Below are positions 7,859-18,460 of a DNA stretch of 64,000 bases, piece by piece; within the stretch, counting starts at the first letter, position 1, and each line of letters starts with the position of its first letter. This DNA is from Phycisphaerae bacterium (GTDB lineage Bacteria; Planctomycetota; Phycisphaerae; SM23-33). The translations under genes and the position numbers were made by a program. The stretch spans positions 27,197 through 91,196 of the forward strand of contig WRDM01000006.1 of NCBI GenBank assembly GCA_009783465.1. The letters run 5' to 3'. The notes below the pieces were generated by a model. The model searched no databases. It had not been told where the DNA came from and saw only the letters and a program-made list of their open reading frames with translations.

Positions 7859-9778
7859 TTACTGTCGCGACCACCACCCGCCCAGCCAGAGGACGGCTGC
7901 GGCGGCGAGAAGCCACGGCCAGAGGTTCAGCGGTTCCGTCAGCGAGCGGGGCGCGGGGAGGGGCAGGGTGGCGATATCTGTCGGGGATTGCGTGGCGGTT
8001 TGCGTCGTGGGTTGTTCTGCCGGCCCGGCTATGTTTGGAATGAACACGCCTTGCCATTGGCCCTGCCCGTCGCGGTACAGGCCTGGCCAGGGCAGCGGTG
8101 TTGCCTCCAGCGTCGGCGAGGCGGCGTGCCAGCCGGTGGCGGGGCCTGCCTGGGTGGGCGTGATGAATTCGTATGTCGCGTGGCCTGTCGATGGTCGGCG
8201 CGGCGAGGGTTGACCTGTCGGTGCCTGGCCGGCCAGCCAGTCCACCGCGTTGGACAGCAGGACAACGAAACTCGCGTCGAGGCCCCAGTCGGTGTTGAGC
8301 GGGTCGATGTCGAAGGCGACATCGACGCGGCGCGTCGGCGAGTCGTTGGCGCTTCGCAGAATCAGCGTCGCGCCGTCGTCGCGCACCAGCGGCAGGCCAA
8401 GGATTTGCGAGGTGTCCACCGGCACGAAAGGCCTGACGCGACGCACGCCCACGCGGGCCAAATCTGCCCCCGCCGTCACGGGATCGTCCGCGACGACGGC
8501 CTGTCCAAGCAGCACAGGCCCGCGCTCCTCGCCTCGCTGCCACGACGGCGGCGGAGAAGGTGGATCAATCGCCAGCACGGGCTTGCCGCCCGCAGCCGCC
8601 GGAGGCGACGCCTGCGCGGCCATCACCACATCCGCGTCGGTGGGGTCTTCGACATGCTCCCAGCCAGGATTGACGCGAATCAGCCGCTCCAGCAGCGGCG
8701 AATCCCTGCCGACCACGACAATTTTCGTCCGCCCGGTTTCCCGCCTGGCCAGCCCCGCCTGCGCCAACGGACTCATGCCCGTCAGTGGGTTCAGTGGATC
8801 GGTTCTGTCGCCCGATAGGACGAAGACTGGCGCGAGGGCGACGAGATACGCGTCGCGCGCGGGAAGTTCCAACAGCACCTGGTCGTGCCCGATGGCCCAT
8901 TCCTGCGTGGCGATCCGCTCTAACCGTGTCGGCGACTCCGGGCTGCCTGACGGTGCATTCGGCGGCGCGAAAACGTATAAGGCCATCAGCGTGTGCGTGG
9001 GCGAGTTCGGCGACGTTCGTGCGGATCCGGGAAGAAGGTCCGCCCACGTGAGCGGGGTTCCGCCGTCGGTGCCGCGGACGAACAATTGCACCCGGTCGTC
9101 GGGAAGCGGTTCGGCGGCCAGGGCGAGAATTCGCGGCGCCGTCGCGAAGTCCATGTTGTCGGCGTCAACGGGGATGTGGCTGACGCGGGCGGAATCCCGC
9201 GGTGTCGGCGGGGGGCCGATGATGTACACGTGGTCGGCGTCGTCGGGCGGGACGAGTTCTTCGAGTAAGGTTGCGGCGGGCATCGGCACGGGGCGAAGCG
9301 TGGCGACGATTTCCTTTGCCCGCGCGGGTGTGACGGCACGTTGGGATTCAGGGGATGCGACCGTCGTGGCCGCGTGGTCGGGCAGTGACCATCGCGGCGC
9401 GATCACGTACACGCGGTCGTCAGGATCGAGCTGGTCCAGCAGCGCGTCGGCGGCCTGCCGCAGAGCGGGCATGGCGTCGACCAACTCCGCCGACGGCGTC
9501 ACCACGACGGCGACGGCCCGTCCCTGCCTCGCCGGCCCAAGCGTCCATCCCGTGCACGCCAGCACGCCCGCCAATCCGCCCGCCAACAGCAGCAGCCACG
9601 CGATATTCACCCGCCGCCGCCGTCGCCGGGCCGCCGCCGGCAACGCCTGCCTCGCCTGACGCCACAGCCGCAAACTGCCGACAACCACCTCCCGCCGCGC
9701 AGGCCTGACCAACGCCCACACCGCCACCGCCGCCAGCGGCGCCACCAGCCATAATGCCCACGGATCGGAAAAGCCCAT
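7859..9778 (-). CDS. Membrane protein with BatA-type N-terminal double-TM domain and a C-terminal TM anchor
   Basis: The N-terminus is MGFSDPWALWLVAPLAAVAVWALVRPARR and the C-terminus is WPWLLAAAAVLWLGGWW. The middle has no family I can name. Confidence 0.6.
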   Translation of the reverse strand: MGFSDPWALWLVAPLAAVAVWALVRPARREVVVGSLRLWRQARQALPAAARRRRRRVNIAWLLLLAGGLAGVLACTGWTLGPARQGRAVAVVVTPSAELVDAMPALRQAADALLDQLDPDDRVYVIAPRWSLPDHAATTVASPESQRAVTPARAKEIVATLRPVPMPAATLLEELVPPDDADHVYIIGPPPTPRDSARVSHIPVDADNMDFATAPRILALAAEPLPDDRVQLFVRGTDGGTPLTWADLLPGSARTSPNSPTHTLMALYVFAPPNAPSGSPESPTRLERIATQEWAIGHDQVLLELPARDAYLVALAPVFVLSGDRTDPLNPLTGMSPLAQAGLARRETGRTKIVVVGRDSPLLERLIRVNPGWEHVEDPTDADVVMAAQASPPAAAGGKPVLAIDPPSPPPSWQRGEERGPVLLGQAVVADDPVTAGADLARVGVRRVRPFVPVDTSQILGLPLVRDDGATLILRSANDSPTRRVDVAFDIDPLNTDWGLDASFVVLLSNAVDWLAGQAPTGQPSPRRPSTGHATYEFITPTQAGPATGWHAASPTLEATPLPWPGLYRDGQGQWQGVFIPNIAGPAEQPTTQTATQSPTDIATLPLPAPRSLTEPLNLWPWLLAAAAVLWLGGWWSRQ

Positions 9779-9896
9779 ACCCTACATTGTCGCAACGAAC
9801 CAGCCTTTTTGCGCGGGAAAATTTCGACGCGCCGGCCGGGGAAGGCCTAACCGGCTTCGAGGGAAAACCAAAACAGGCTCTAATGTGACGTGGAAA

Positions 9897-10000
9897 ACAA
9901 CCGATCGGCCTTCCCGGTCTTGCACATGGAATGGCCGGCACACAGCCGCGAAGCGGCGTCTTGGGTAGCCCAGGGTGAGCGGTACGCCGCGAACCCTGGG
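9897..10000 (-). repeat. Family E repeat, copy 2
   Basis: Reverse complement of the family E consensus. Flanks family D copy 2. Confidence 0.75.
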
Positions 10001-10025
10001 AATAGCGGTTTTTCCCAATAGAATC

Positions 10026-10158
10026 GTGCCTGACGCCACTGGCCGAGGTCGCGCACGCGGGCCTGTACGGCATCGAACGGCGCGAACAGGGGAACCTGCG
10101 CGTCGTTCGATGCCGCCTTCACGCGACGGTGTGACTTGCGGCCAGTGGCGTCAGGCAC
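10026..10158. repeat. Family D inverted-repeat element, copy 2
   Basis: Termini gtgcctgacgccactggc ... gccagtggcgtcaggcac. The core is similar to 539-664. Confidence 0.8.
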
Positions 10159-10185
10159 GATCATGGAGAAAAAGCAACGCCTTGT

Positions 10186-10258
10186 CCCAGGGTTCGCCGA
10201 GTACGGCTCATACTGGGCTACCCAAGGCGTCCCTTCGGGGCTACGAACCGCGTTCGTG
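10186..10258 (+). repeat. Family E repeat, copy 3 (3'-truncated)
   Basis: cccagggttcgccgagtacggctcatactgggctacccaaggcgtcccttcgggg. Confidence 0.7.
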
Positions 10259-10279
10259 GATCAACTCTACGTGGATAGG

Positions 10280-10456
10280 CAGGGCGAACGCATGGTACCT
10301 TTCGCACGTGGCGTGACTGGCCGCAGGGCCCTGCCATGTTGCGTTTCAAACGTTTCCCGAGGCCAGATTTTCCACGTTAACCACGTTTTACAACGCAACA
10401 TGGCAGGGCCTGCGGCCAGTCACGCCACATGCGAAAGGTACCATGCGTTCGCCCTG
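10280..10456. repeat. Family B long palindromic element, copy 2
   Basis: Arms of about 60 nt are almost perfectly complementary (cagggcgaacgcatggtacctttcgcacgtggcgtgactggccgcagggccctgccatgttgcgt / inverse). Confidence 0.85.
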
Positions 10457-10546
10457 TCATGCGTGGTGGTCATGTGTACTCTCCCGATATCGCCATTATA
10501 CTTCAGTCTGTTTTATCATACGATAAGCAGAAACGCGTTCCGCCGT

Positions 10547-12133
<1,587 letters not shown>

Positions 12134-12163
12134 GGTTGTTGATTGTCCTGTAGGTTTCGAGGC

Positions 12164-12317
12164 GAGCCACAAGCCACAAGCCACGAGGTATTCGTGGGTC
12201 GATTGTGTCGTCACACGATCCTGATTCTGTTGTTTGGCGGGTTCGTTCCCGCGGTCACTGCCTTTTTGATTTTTTCTGTGCGTGCCTTACCTTGTGGCTA
12301 GTGGCTTGTGGCTAGTG
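12164..12317 (+). repeat. Family A composite element, copy A2 (gccacaagccac-type arms)
   Basis: Arms at 12164-12188 and 12290-12317. The core shares cacacgatcctgatt and ttcccgc.gtcactgcc with the other copies. Confidence 0.75.
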
Positions 12318-12330
12318 ACTTTGCTGCAAA

Positions 12331-12362
12331 GAAAAACGGCCGCGAGTTTCCTCAGGGCCGTT
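12331..12362 (-). terminator. Rho-independent terminator (minus strand)
   Basis: The minus strand reads aacggccCTGAGgaaaCTCGcggccgtt followed by TTTTTCTTTG. The stem closes a GAAA tetraloop. Confidence 0.6.
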
Positions 12363-12534
12363 GCGGTTCGTGGGGCGATGGCAATGGGCCTAAGGTTGGG
12401 GTTCGGCAATCATGCCGTCGCGAACGGAGACCGCGGCCTGGGAAAGGCTGGTCTGGCCAGAACGATTCTGGGGCGTTCGCATAACTCTCCAACCGGTAAG
12501 CCCGGCGCGCCCATCGCGCCGGAAGTTTTATCGT
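12331..12534 (-). ncRNA. Candidate structured RNA of about 200 nt, or a leader upstream of cimA
   Basis: Bounded by a sigma70-like promoter and the terminator. Contains several perfect local hairpins (ccggcgcg-atgg-gcgcgccgg; ccagaa-tcg-ttctgg; gcgaacg...cgttcgc). No convincing ORF. Confidence 0.35.
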
Positions 12535-12540
12535 CGACAC

Positions 12541-12570
12541 ATCATATATCGGCACCCCGCCGCCGGTCAA
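12541..12570 (-). promoter_or_regulatory. Sigma70-like promoter (minus strand): TTGACC-N18-TATGAT
   Basis: The minus strand reads cgcaTTGACCggcggcggggtgccgataTATGATgtgtcg. Confidence 0.4.
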
Positions 12571-12756
12571 TGCGATAAAAACGAAATCCCAGGGTAATCA
12601 GATGGACATGATCCGGTTTTTCGTGTGATCCCGTGCGAAGAAGAGGAATGCACATACGATTACCCCACGAAATCCGCTTGCCAGAATGCCCAAGCCGGTT
12701 ACAATCGTAGACTGGATGGTTTGTGTTTTCATCGGTAACGACGCAAAGGAGAGGTT

Positions 12757-13848
12757 ATGAATCGTCTCATCGGTTTATCGGTTTTGGCCGTGGCGATGTC
12801 GCTGCCTGCGGTGTCGGCGCGGGCGGCGTGGGTGGTTGGCGCGGAGGTGAATTTCTACGCGGATCTCGCCAGGGCGAATGCGATGGATTTCGGCGGATAC
12901 GCTGTCCCCATCGGCGCGTTCAACGCCCTGGGGCATGCCGGGACCATGGGGCATGTGTATGGGGCGGTTCAACCGTCGAATCCGTATCACGGGTTCTTCG
13001 GCGCGCAGTGGGACGGGCCTGTCGAGGTGTACACACTGTCGTTGACGCAGTTGGTCGACGCCGGCCGGCAGCGGCCTGACGTGATCTACCTCTACACCGA
13101 CACCAATCCGGCGAATTATATCGAGATCGATCTGCCCGCCACATGGTGGGATGAGACGACCATCCAAGGCAAGGATATGGTGATCGACCTGACGGCGTTC
13201 AACGGCGGCAAGCCGATCCTCGCCAACAATTCGTATCTGCTGATGGCCGTGCAGACGATGCATCCGGGCGGCAACGACTCCAATTTCGGCGTGCTGTCCT
13301 ACGGGTTCGAAGCCATCGCCGCCGGTCCCGCCGACGTGAATTTCAACCGGGACGCCATCGACGTGGAATTTGTCGGCGCGTATTGGAACAACCCCTGGCG
13401 GACGAACGATGGCCGAGTTGCCACGTACGGCAGCGACACCCTGACATACTGGGACCGCGAGGCGCCGGTGAACTCGCTGATCGTGACCTACGGCGAACCG
13501 CAGACGATCGGTTCGATCGGCCTGGCCCTGGTGGGCGACGCCAACAACCGTGACTGCCCCAAGTGGGTGATGATCGTTCCTGACGGCGACCTCTCGCGGG
13601 CGCAGCAGATTTGGATCCAGGAAGGCATGTCGGCGTACGGACGCTATGAGCTGCCCGGCGGCCCGATGGTCGGCGTGACGGAACTCACGCTGCTCATGCC
13701 CCCCGGCGACGACGCGGACGCCTGGGTGATCCGCGGCGACAAATACTACGGCATCACGGAGTTCCAGGCCTTCGCGCCGGTTCCCGAACCGGCGACGATG
13801 ACGCTGCTGGCCCTGGGCGGTCTGGCGATGCTGCGGCGGCGGAAGTGA
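12757..13848 (+). CDS. PEP-CTERM-anchored secreted protein (paralogue 1)
   Basis: AAGGAGAGG RBS, signal peptide, and C-terminal VPEPATMTLLALGGLAMLRRRK. The N-terminal ~200 aa are near-identical to the next gene. Confidence 0.8.
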   Translation: MNRLIGLSVLAVAMSLPAVSARAAWVVGAEVNFYADLARANAMDFGGYAVPIGAFNALGHAGTMGHVYGAVQPSNPYHGFFGAQWDGPVEVYTLSLTQLVDAGRQRPDVIYLYTDTNPANYIEIDLPATWWDETTIQGKDMVIDLTAFNGGKPILANNSYLLMAVQTMHPGGNDSNFGVLSYGFEAIAAGPADVNFNRDAIDVEFVGAYWNNPWRTNDGRVATYGSDTLTYWDREAPVNSLIVTYGEPQTIGSIGLALVGDANNRDCPKWVMIVPDGDLSRAQQIWIQEGMSAYGRYELPGGPMVGVTELTLLMPPGDDADAWVIRGDKYYGITEFQAFAPVPEPATMTLLALGGLAMLRRRK

Positions 13849-13921
13849 CAGAATTGCCCTTTGGGTACTGTGGAGGAGATACGGAATGGTCTTTTTTACA
13901 AATAAGGAAGAAGGAATTGTC

Positions 13922-15043
13922 ATGAAACGTGCCGCGGGTTTGGTTATCGTGGCTGCGGTGTTGGCGATACCGATGGCGTCGGCGCAGGCGGATTGGGTCG
14001 TCGGCGCGGATGCGAGTTTCTATGCGGATCTCGCCAGGGCGAACGCGTTTAACTTCGGCGGATACGCCGTCCCCATCGGCGCGTTCAACGCGCCGGGCAA
14101 TGCCGGGACCCTGGGGCATGTGTATGGTTCCGTCCGGCCTGGGAATCCGCTGTTTGGATACTTTGGCGCGCAGTGGGACGGGCCTGTCGAGGTGTACACA
14201 CTGTCGTTGACGCAGTTGGTCGACGCTGGCCGGCAGCGGCCTGACGTGATCTATCTCTACACCGACACCAATCCGGAGAATTATATCGAGATCAACCTGG
14301 CCGCCCTGTGGGGAGACGGGACCACCATTCAGGGCAAGGAGCAGGTGATCGACCTGACGGCGTTCAACGGCGGCAAGCCGATCCTCGCCAACAATTCGTA
14401 TCTGCTGATGGCCGTGCAGACGATGCATCCGGGCGGCAACGACTCCAACTTCGGCGTGCTGTCCTACGGGTTCGAAGCCAAGGTCGCCGGCGACCTCGAT
14501 GTGAACCTCAACCGCCTGCCTGGCTCCACGGCGACGGGAACCGGCTCGGGCGGATACGCGGGGCTTATCGACGGCAGGATTCACGCCATTGGCGACGGGA
14601 ACGGTATTTTCTGGAATCGCGGCAACACGGATCCCAACACGGTGACGGTGAGCTATCTTGAGCCGCAGACCATCGGTTCCATCGGCTTGGGCATGGCGGC
14701 GGGGAATGCGGATCGTGACTGCCCGCAGTGGGTGGACATCACCGCGACGTTTGCGAACAACTCTACCGCCACGCAGCGAATCCATCTTACCAAGGAGATG
14801 GTCAGCTACGGCCGATACACGCTGCCCGACGGGCCGTTTGTCGACGCGGTGAAACTGACGCTGACGATGCCTCCGGGCGCGGGCGACGAAGAGGCCATGG
14901 CCGCCAACTGGTGGCTCAACGGCCGGGCCGCGGACCTCAACTTCGGCCTCACGCAATTCCAGGCCTTCGCGCCGATTCCCGAACCGGCGACGATGACGCT
15001 GCTGGCCCTGGGCGGCCTGGCGATGCTGCGGCGGCGGAAGTAA
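13922..15043 (+). CDS. PEP-CTERM-anchored secreted protein (paralogue 2)
   Basis: ATG 13922 follows AAGGAAGAAGGAA. Signal peptide MKRAAGLVIVAAVLAIPMASAQA and C-terminal IPEPATMTLLALGGLAMLRRRK. Confidence 0.8.
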   Translation: MKRAAGLVIVAAVLAIPMASAQADWVVGADASFYADLARANAFNFGGYAVPIGAFNAPGNAGTLGHVYGSVRPGNPLFGYFGAQWDGPVEVYTLSLTQLVDAGRQRPDVIYLYTDTNPENYIEINLAALWGDGTTIQGKEQVIDLTAFNGGKPILANNSYLLMAVQTMHPGGNDSNFGVLSYGFEAKVAGDLDVNLNRLPGSTATGTGSGGYAGLIDGRIHAIGDGNGIFWNRGNTDPNTVTVSYLEPQTIGSIGLGMAAGNADRDCPQWVDITATFANNSTATQRIHLTKEMVSYGRYTLPDGPFVDAVKLTLTMPPGAGDEEAMAANWWLNGRAADLNFGLTQFQAFAPIPEPATMTLLALGGLAMLRRRK

Positions 15044-15108
15044 ACGCGGCGGAGCGATGCGCAGCGGCGGTGTGGAATCAGGGAGTGTTCTGATAAAAGG
15101 AGAGTGCG

Positions 15109-16041
15109 ATGAACGTGCTTCGTATGATGGTGGCAGGTCTGGTGATTTCGCTGGCGGCGCCGGCATTCGCGGCCACGTCGGTTTCGGATATGTTTCCAGG
15201 CCTGAATCCGGTGCTGGAATATGATGTGGCGAACTGGGACGGCATCGGCGCCATTCCCAATACGGGCGTCCGAAACCATGGCGGCCCCTTTGGCTCCCAG
15301 GTGGCTGGAGCGATCTTCGATAATGTGGCTATCTCTGAGGAAGAGGCGGGCGCGCCCGTGTATGTGGGCGACGACGGGCGGCCTTATTTACGCTTCCAGC
15401 AATACGGCTACGTCACGTGCAACGACAGTCCCGCGACGCATGAGAACGCGTTTCGCCTCGATGTCGGCTACACGCTCGTGGGGTATTATCGTTTTACGGA
15501 GGACTTTTACGCCAAGGAGGGCGGCGCCATCGGGATGGCCCACAAGGGCGGCTGGGAAAATTCGTTGCTCCATATCGGCTGGTGGGGCCAGGGGCGGGAT
15601 TCGATCACGAATGTGACCAACAATAGCACCCTGCTGAAGGACGACCTTTCCAATGATCTGCCGGAGAACGAGTGGTTCCAGCTCGTCAAGACATTCACGC
15701 CCATCATGAGCGCCGACGCGACGGCGATTGAATCGTATCAGGTCGATTACTACGTCAACGGCCACCATGTCCTGACGAATGGGTTTGACGCGGAGGAAAA
15801 CGACACGTTCCAATGGCTCTGGGCGGGGGTGGGCGATATCGGCGTATGCCGTCAAGGCCCCCTGGGCATCGACCCCAAGCACCAGATGATGGGGTTGGAC
15901 TACGGCTACTTTGCCGCGTACGACCGTCCGCTGTCGGCTGAGGAGGTGGCGTTGTCCTACCAGTACCTCATCATCCCCGAACCGGCGACGATGACGCTGC
16001 TGGCCCTGGGCGGCCTGGCGATGCTGCGGCGGCGACGGTAG
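15109..16041 (+). CDS. PEP-CTERM-anchored secreted protein (unrelated ectodomain)
   Basis: AAGGAGAG RBS, signal peptide ...APAFA, and C-terminal IPEPATMTLLALGGLAMLRRRR. Confidence 0.8.
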   Translation: MNVLRMMVAGLVISLAAPAFAATSVSDMFPGLNPVLEYDVANWDGIGAIPNTGVRNHGGPFGSQVAGAIFDNVAISEEEAGAPVYVGDDGRPYLRFQQYGYVTCNDSPATHENAFRLDVGYTLVGYYRFTEDFYAKEGGAIGMAHKGGWENSLLHIGWWGQGRDSITNVTNNSTLLKDDLSNDLPENEWFQLVKTFTPIMSADATAIESYQVDYYVNGHHVLTNGFDAEENDTFQWLWAGVGDIGVCRQGPLGIDPKHQMMGLDYGYFAAYDRPLSAEEVALSYQYLIIPEPATMTLLALGGLAMLRRRR

Positions 16042-16046
16042 TCGGC

Positions 16047-16198
16047 AAATACAAAATCCGAAACAAACTCCAAAATTCAAAAGAGGAAAATTCCAAACGC
16101 TTATGCCACGCGACAAGACGCCTGGCGTGGGCGTTTGACATTTGGTGTTTGAAATTTTGTGATTTGTTTCGTATTTCGTATTTCGAGCTTCGGATTTT
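16047..16198. repeat. AT-rich word-type hairpin (aaaatccgaaacaaa... / ...tttgtttcgtatttcg...cggatttt)
   Basis: Imperfect long IR around a GC hairpin (ccacgc...gcgtgg). Related words (gtttcggatttcgaac) occur at 955-1000. Confidence 0.65.
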
Positions 16199-16264
16199 GA
16201 GCGTTCATTGGGATAGTTGCCTCGGAAGACGGCGACGGACTCTTTCACGAAAGACCAAGGAATA

Positions 16265-17338
16265 ATGATCACCCATCCCGACATTCCCAACGACAACGGG
16301 TTCCTCACCAGCCTGGAGCAGATGAAAGATTTGTTCGTGAAGAAAGGCTGTCGGCAGCGGTTTGGCGGCTCCACGAAGGATGAACTGCTCGCGTGGCAGG
16401 CCGATTCGCGGGCGCTGCTGCGACGGCTGTTGGGGTTTGACACGTTCGACGGCTGCGACAACAAATTTTTCGAACTCGACCGTGAAGTGCTCGACGGCTA
16501 CACGCGAACCAAGTGCGTGTTGCAGACCGAGGAAAAAGTGTACGTGCCTCTGTACGTGCTCACGCCGGCGGACATGAAGCCGGGCGAAAAGCGGCCGGCC
16601 ATGATCTGCCCGCACGGCCATACCGCCACGATGAAGGAAAGTGTCGCCGCCGTGCGGCACGCGGTCAACGCGGACAAAGATTTCGACACCTACAACGCCC
16701 AGTACGGCGAGGATTTCGTCAAGCGGGGCTACATGGTGTTCTGCCCCGACGCCCGCGGTTTCAACGAACGGGCGGAGAAACTCAAGCAGGATCAGGAATG
16801 GAAATGCTCCTGCTATCTCATCAATCACATGGGCATTCCGCTGGGCCGCAGCGCCGCGGGCATGAGCGTGTGGGACCTGGTGAAGCTGTGCGACCACATC
16901 GCCGCGCGCCCGGACTGCGACGCGAAGCGGATCGGCTGCGCGGGGCTTTCCGGCGGCGGATTGCAGGCCTTGTATCTTGCCGCCGCCGACGAGCGGATCG
17001 CGTGCACCGGTTCGAGCGGCTATTTCTACGGCGCGTTGGAGGCGCTGCTGGTGATCAGTTGGAATTGCGCGTGCAATTACGTGCCGGGCATGTGGCAGCA
17101 TTTCGACATGGGCGACATCGCCGCCCTGATCGCGCCGCGCCCGTTCATCGTGGAGACGGGCCTGCGCGACGCCCTCAATGGCGATAGCGGCCTGACGAAC
17201 GTGACGTCGCAACTGGACATCGCGCGAACGGCGTACCGGATTTTCGGCTGCCCAGAGCACCTCGCCCTCGCCACCTTCGACGACGGCCACAAGTGGGTGG
17301 GTACGGACGTGTATCCGTTTTTTGGGAAGAATTTGTGA
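16265..17338 (+). CDS. Alpha/beta hydrolase (acetyl-xylan-esterase / dienelactone-hydrolase-like)
   Basis: ATG 16265 follows AAGGAA. GLSGGG nucleophile elbow and PHGH segment. Confidence 0.6.
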   Translation: MITHPDIPNDNGFLTSLEQMKDLFVKKGCRQRFGGSTKDELLAWQADSRALLRRLLGFDTFDGCDNKFFELDREVLDGYTRTKCVLQTEEKVYVPLYVLTPADMKPGEKRPAMICPHGHTATMKESVAAVRHAVNADKDFDTYNAQYGEDFVKRGYMVFCPDARGFNERAEKLKQDQEWKCSCYLINHMGIPLGRSAAGMSVWDLVKLCDHIAARPDCDAKRIGCAGLSGGGLQALYLAAADERIACTGSSGYFYGALEALLVISWNCACNYVPGMWQHFDMGDIAALIAPRPFIVETGLRDALNGDSGLTNVTSQLDIARTAYRIFGCPEHLALATFDDGHKWVGTDVYPFFGKNL

Positions 17339-17366
17339 GGATGAAAACAGGCAGGATATTCGTAAG

Positions 17367-17421
17367 CCTCGGGAGGGGCGCCTTGGGTAGCCCAGGGCGA
17401 GCCGTACTCGGCGAGCCCTGG
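17367..17421 (-). repeat. Family E repeat, copy 4 (partial)
   Basis: gccttgggtagcccagggcgagccgtactcggcgagccctggg. Confidence 0.7.
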
Positions 17422-17453
17422 GATCAGACTATTGGCTGCCGTTAGGAGTTTTT

Positions 17454-18218
17454 ATGCGATTTGGCGTGTGCACAAGCGTTCATAATGTCGAGCAGGTCGC
17501 GAGGGCGGGGTTTGATTATGTGGAGTGTCCCGTCACGGAATTGGCCGGGATGGAGGAGGCGGATTTCCGTGCGGCGATCGAATCGGTCAAGCGGTCCGGC
17601 GTGACGGTGGACGTGTGCAACATCTTTTTTCCGGGCATTCGCATGACGGGCCCGGAAGTGGACACCGGCGTGATTACCGAGTACGTCAAGCGGGCGCTGG
17701 ACCGGGTGGCCAGGGCTGGCGCGTCGATGGTCGTCCTGGGCAACGGCGGGCTTCGCGCCATTCCCGACGGCTGGCCGTGGGCCGATGGCGTCCGGCAGTT
17801 CACCGACGTGCTGCGGATCATCGCCGACGGCTGCGAGCCATACGACATCACGCTGCTGCTGGAACCGCTGAATAAAAAGGAGACCAATCTCATCAACACC
17901 GTCGCCGAAGGCCTGGCGTTGGTGCGGGCGGTGGCGCATCCGCGGGTGAAACTGCTGGCAGATTATTACCACATGCGCGTGGAGTCGGACGCCCCGGCCT
18001 CCATCGTGGCGGCAGGCGATTGGATCGGGCATCTGCACTTCGCCAACGGCGTGGCCAGGGGATATCCCAAGGACGTGGCCGAGGACGACTATCCGCCGTT
18101 CGTGGCCGCGTGCAAGGCCGTCGGGAGCGCACGGCGAATTTCCATCGAGGGACGGACGGACGATTTCGACACCGACGCGCCGGCGGCGCTGTGCGTGATG
18201 AAGGAACTGTTTTCATGA
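17454..18218 (+). CDS. Sugar phosphate isomerase/epimerase (xylose-isomerase-like TIM barrel)
   Basis: AGGAG RBS. LLLEPLNKKETNLINT and GHLHFAN segments are typical of the family. Confidence 0.7.
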   Translation: MRFGVCTSVHNVEQVARAGFDYVECPVTELAGMEEADFRAAIESVKRSGVTVDVCNIFFPGIRMTGPEVDTGVITEYVKRALDRVARAGASMVVLGNGGLRAIPDGWPWADGVRQFTDVLRIIADGCEPYDITLLLEPLNKKETNLINTVAEGLALVRAVAHPRVKLLADYYHMRVESDAPASIVAAGDWIGHLHFANGVARGYPKDVAEDDYPPFVAACKAVGSARRISIEGRTDDFDTDAPAALCVMKELFS

Positions 18219-18227
18219 AGACGCAGA

Positions 18228-18439
18228 AAGCCACCAGCCACTAGCCACCAGGGCTTGCGAGGCGCGACAGTGAATTCACACCTCGCGGTAGCGAGAGTGG
18301 CCCCGAAGCTCCGCGGACACGAAGATCAAAGCTGGCGGGCGACTTTTCGAGTCTGCGAAGCATCGGGACCGCTCTCTCGGACATACGGTTCACATGTACC
18401 GTTACGCACCGAAAACCCTGGTGGCTAGTGGCTTGTGGC
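18228..18439. repeat. Inverted-repeat element with gccaccagccactagccacc-type arms and a distinct core
   Basis: Arms at 18228-18253 and 18416-18439. The core is unrelated to the family A core. Confidence 0.6.
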
Positions 18440-18460
18440 GTTTGCGAGCAAGGAGTTTCC

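Noticed and set aside
7815-8543. N-terminal 243 codons of track ORF 7473-8543
   Set aside because: This part is Arg/Pro/Ala-rich and overlaps the 3' half of the BatA-like gene on the same strand in another frame. The recognisable MNT domain starts at ATG 7814.
12371-12558. Assignment of the candidate RNA as 6S RNA (a 5' GGGGUG / 3' CGCCCC closing stem gave about 188 nt)
   Set aside because: The predicted promoter places the TSS downstream of that 5' segment, the closing stem is only 6 bp, and I cannot verify the central-bubble architecture by eye. It is left as an unclassified candidate RNA.
12352-12570. 72-aa minus-strand ORF in the cimA upstream region
   Set aside because: There is no RBS. 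The Pro/Arg/Gly-rich product runs through the hairpins and into the terminator stem. It is more consistent with non-coding structured RNA.
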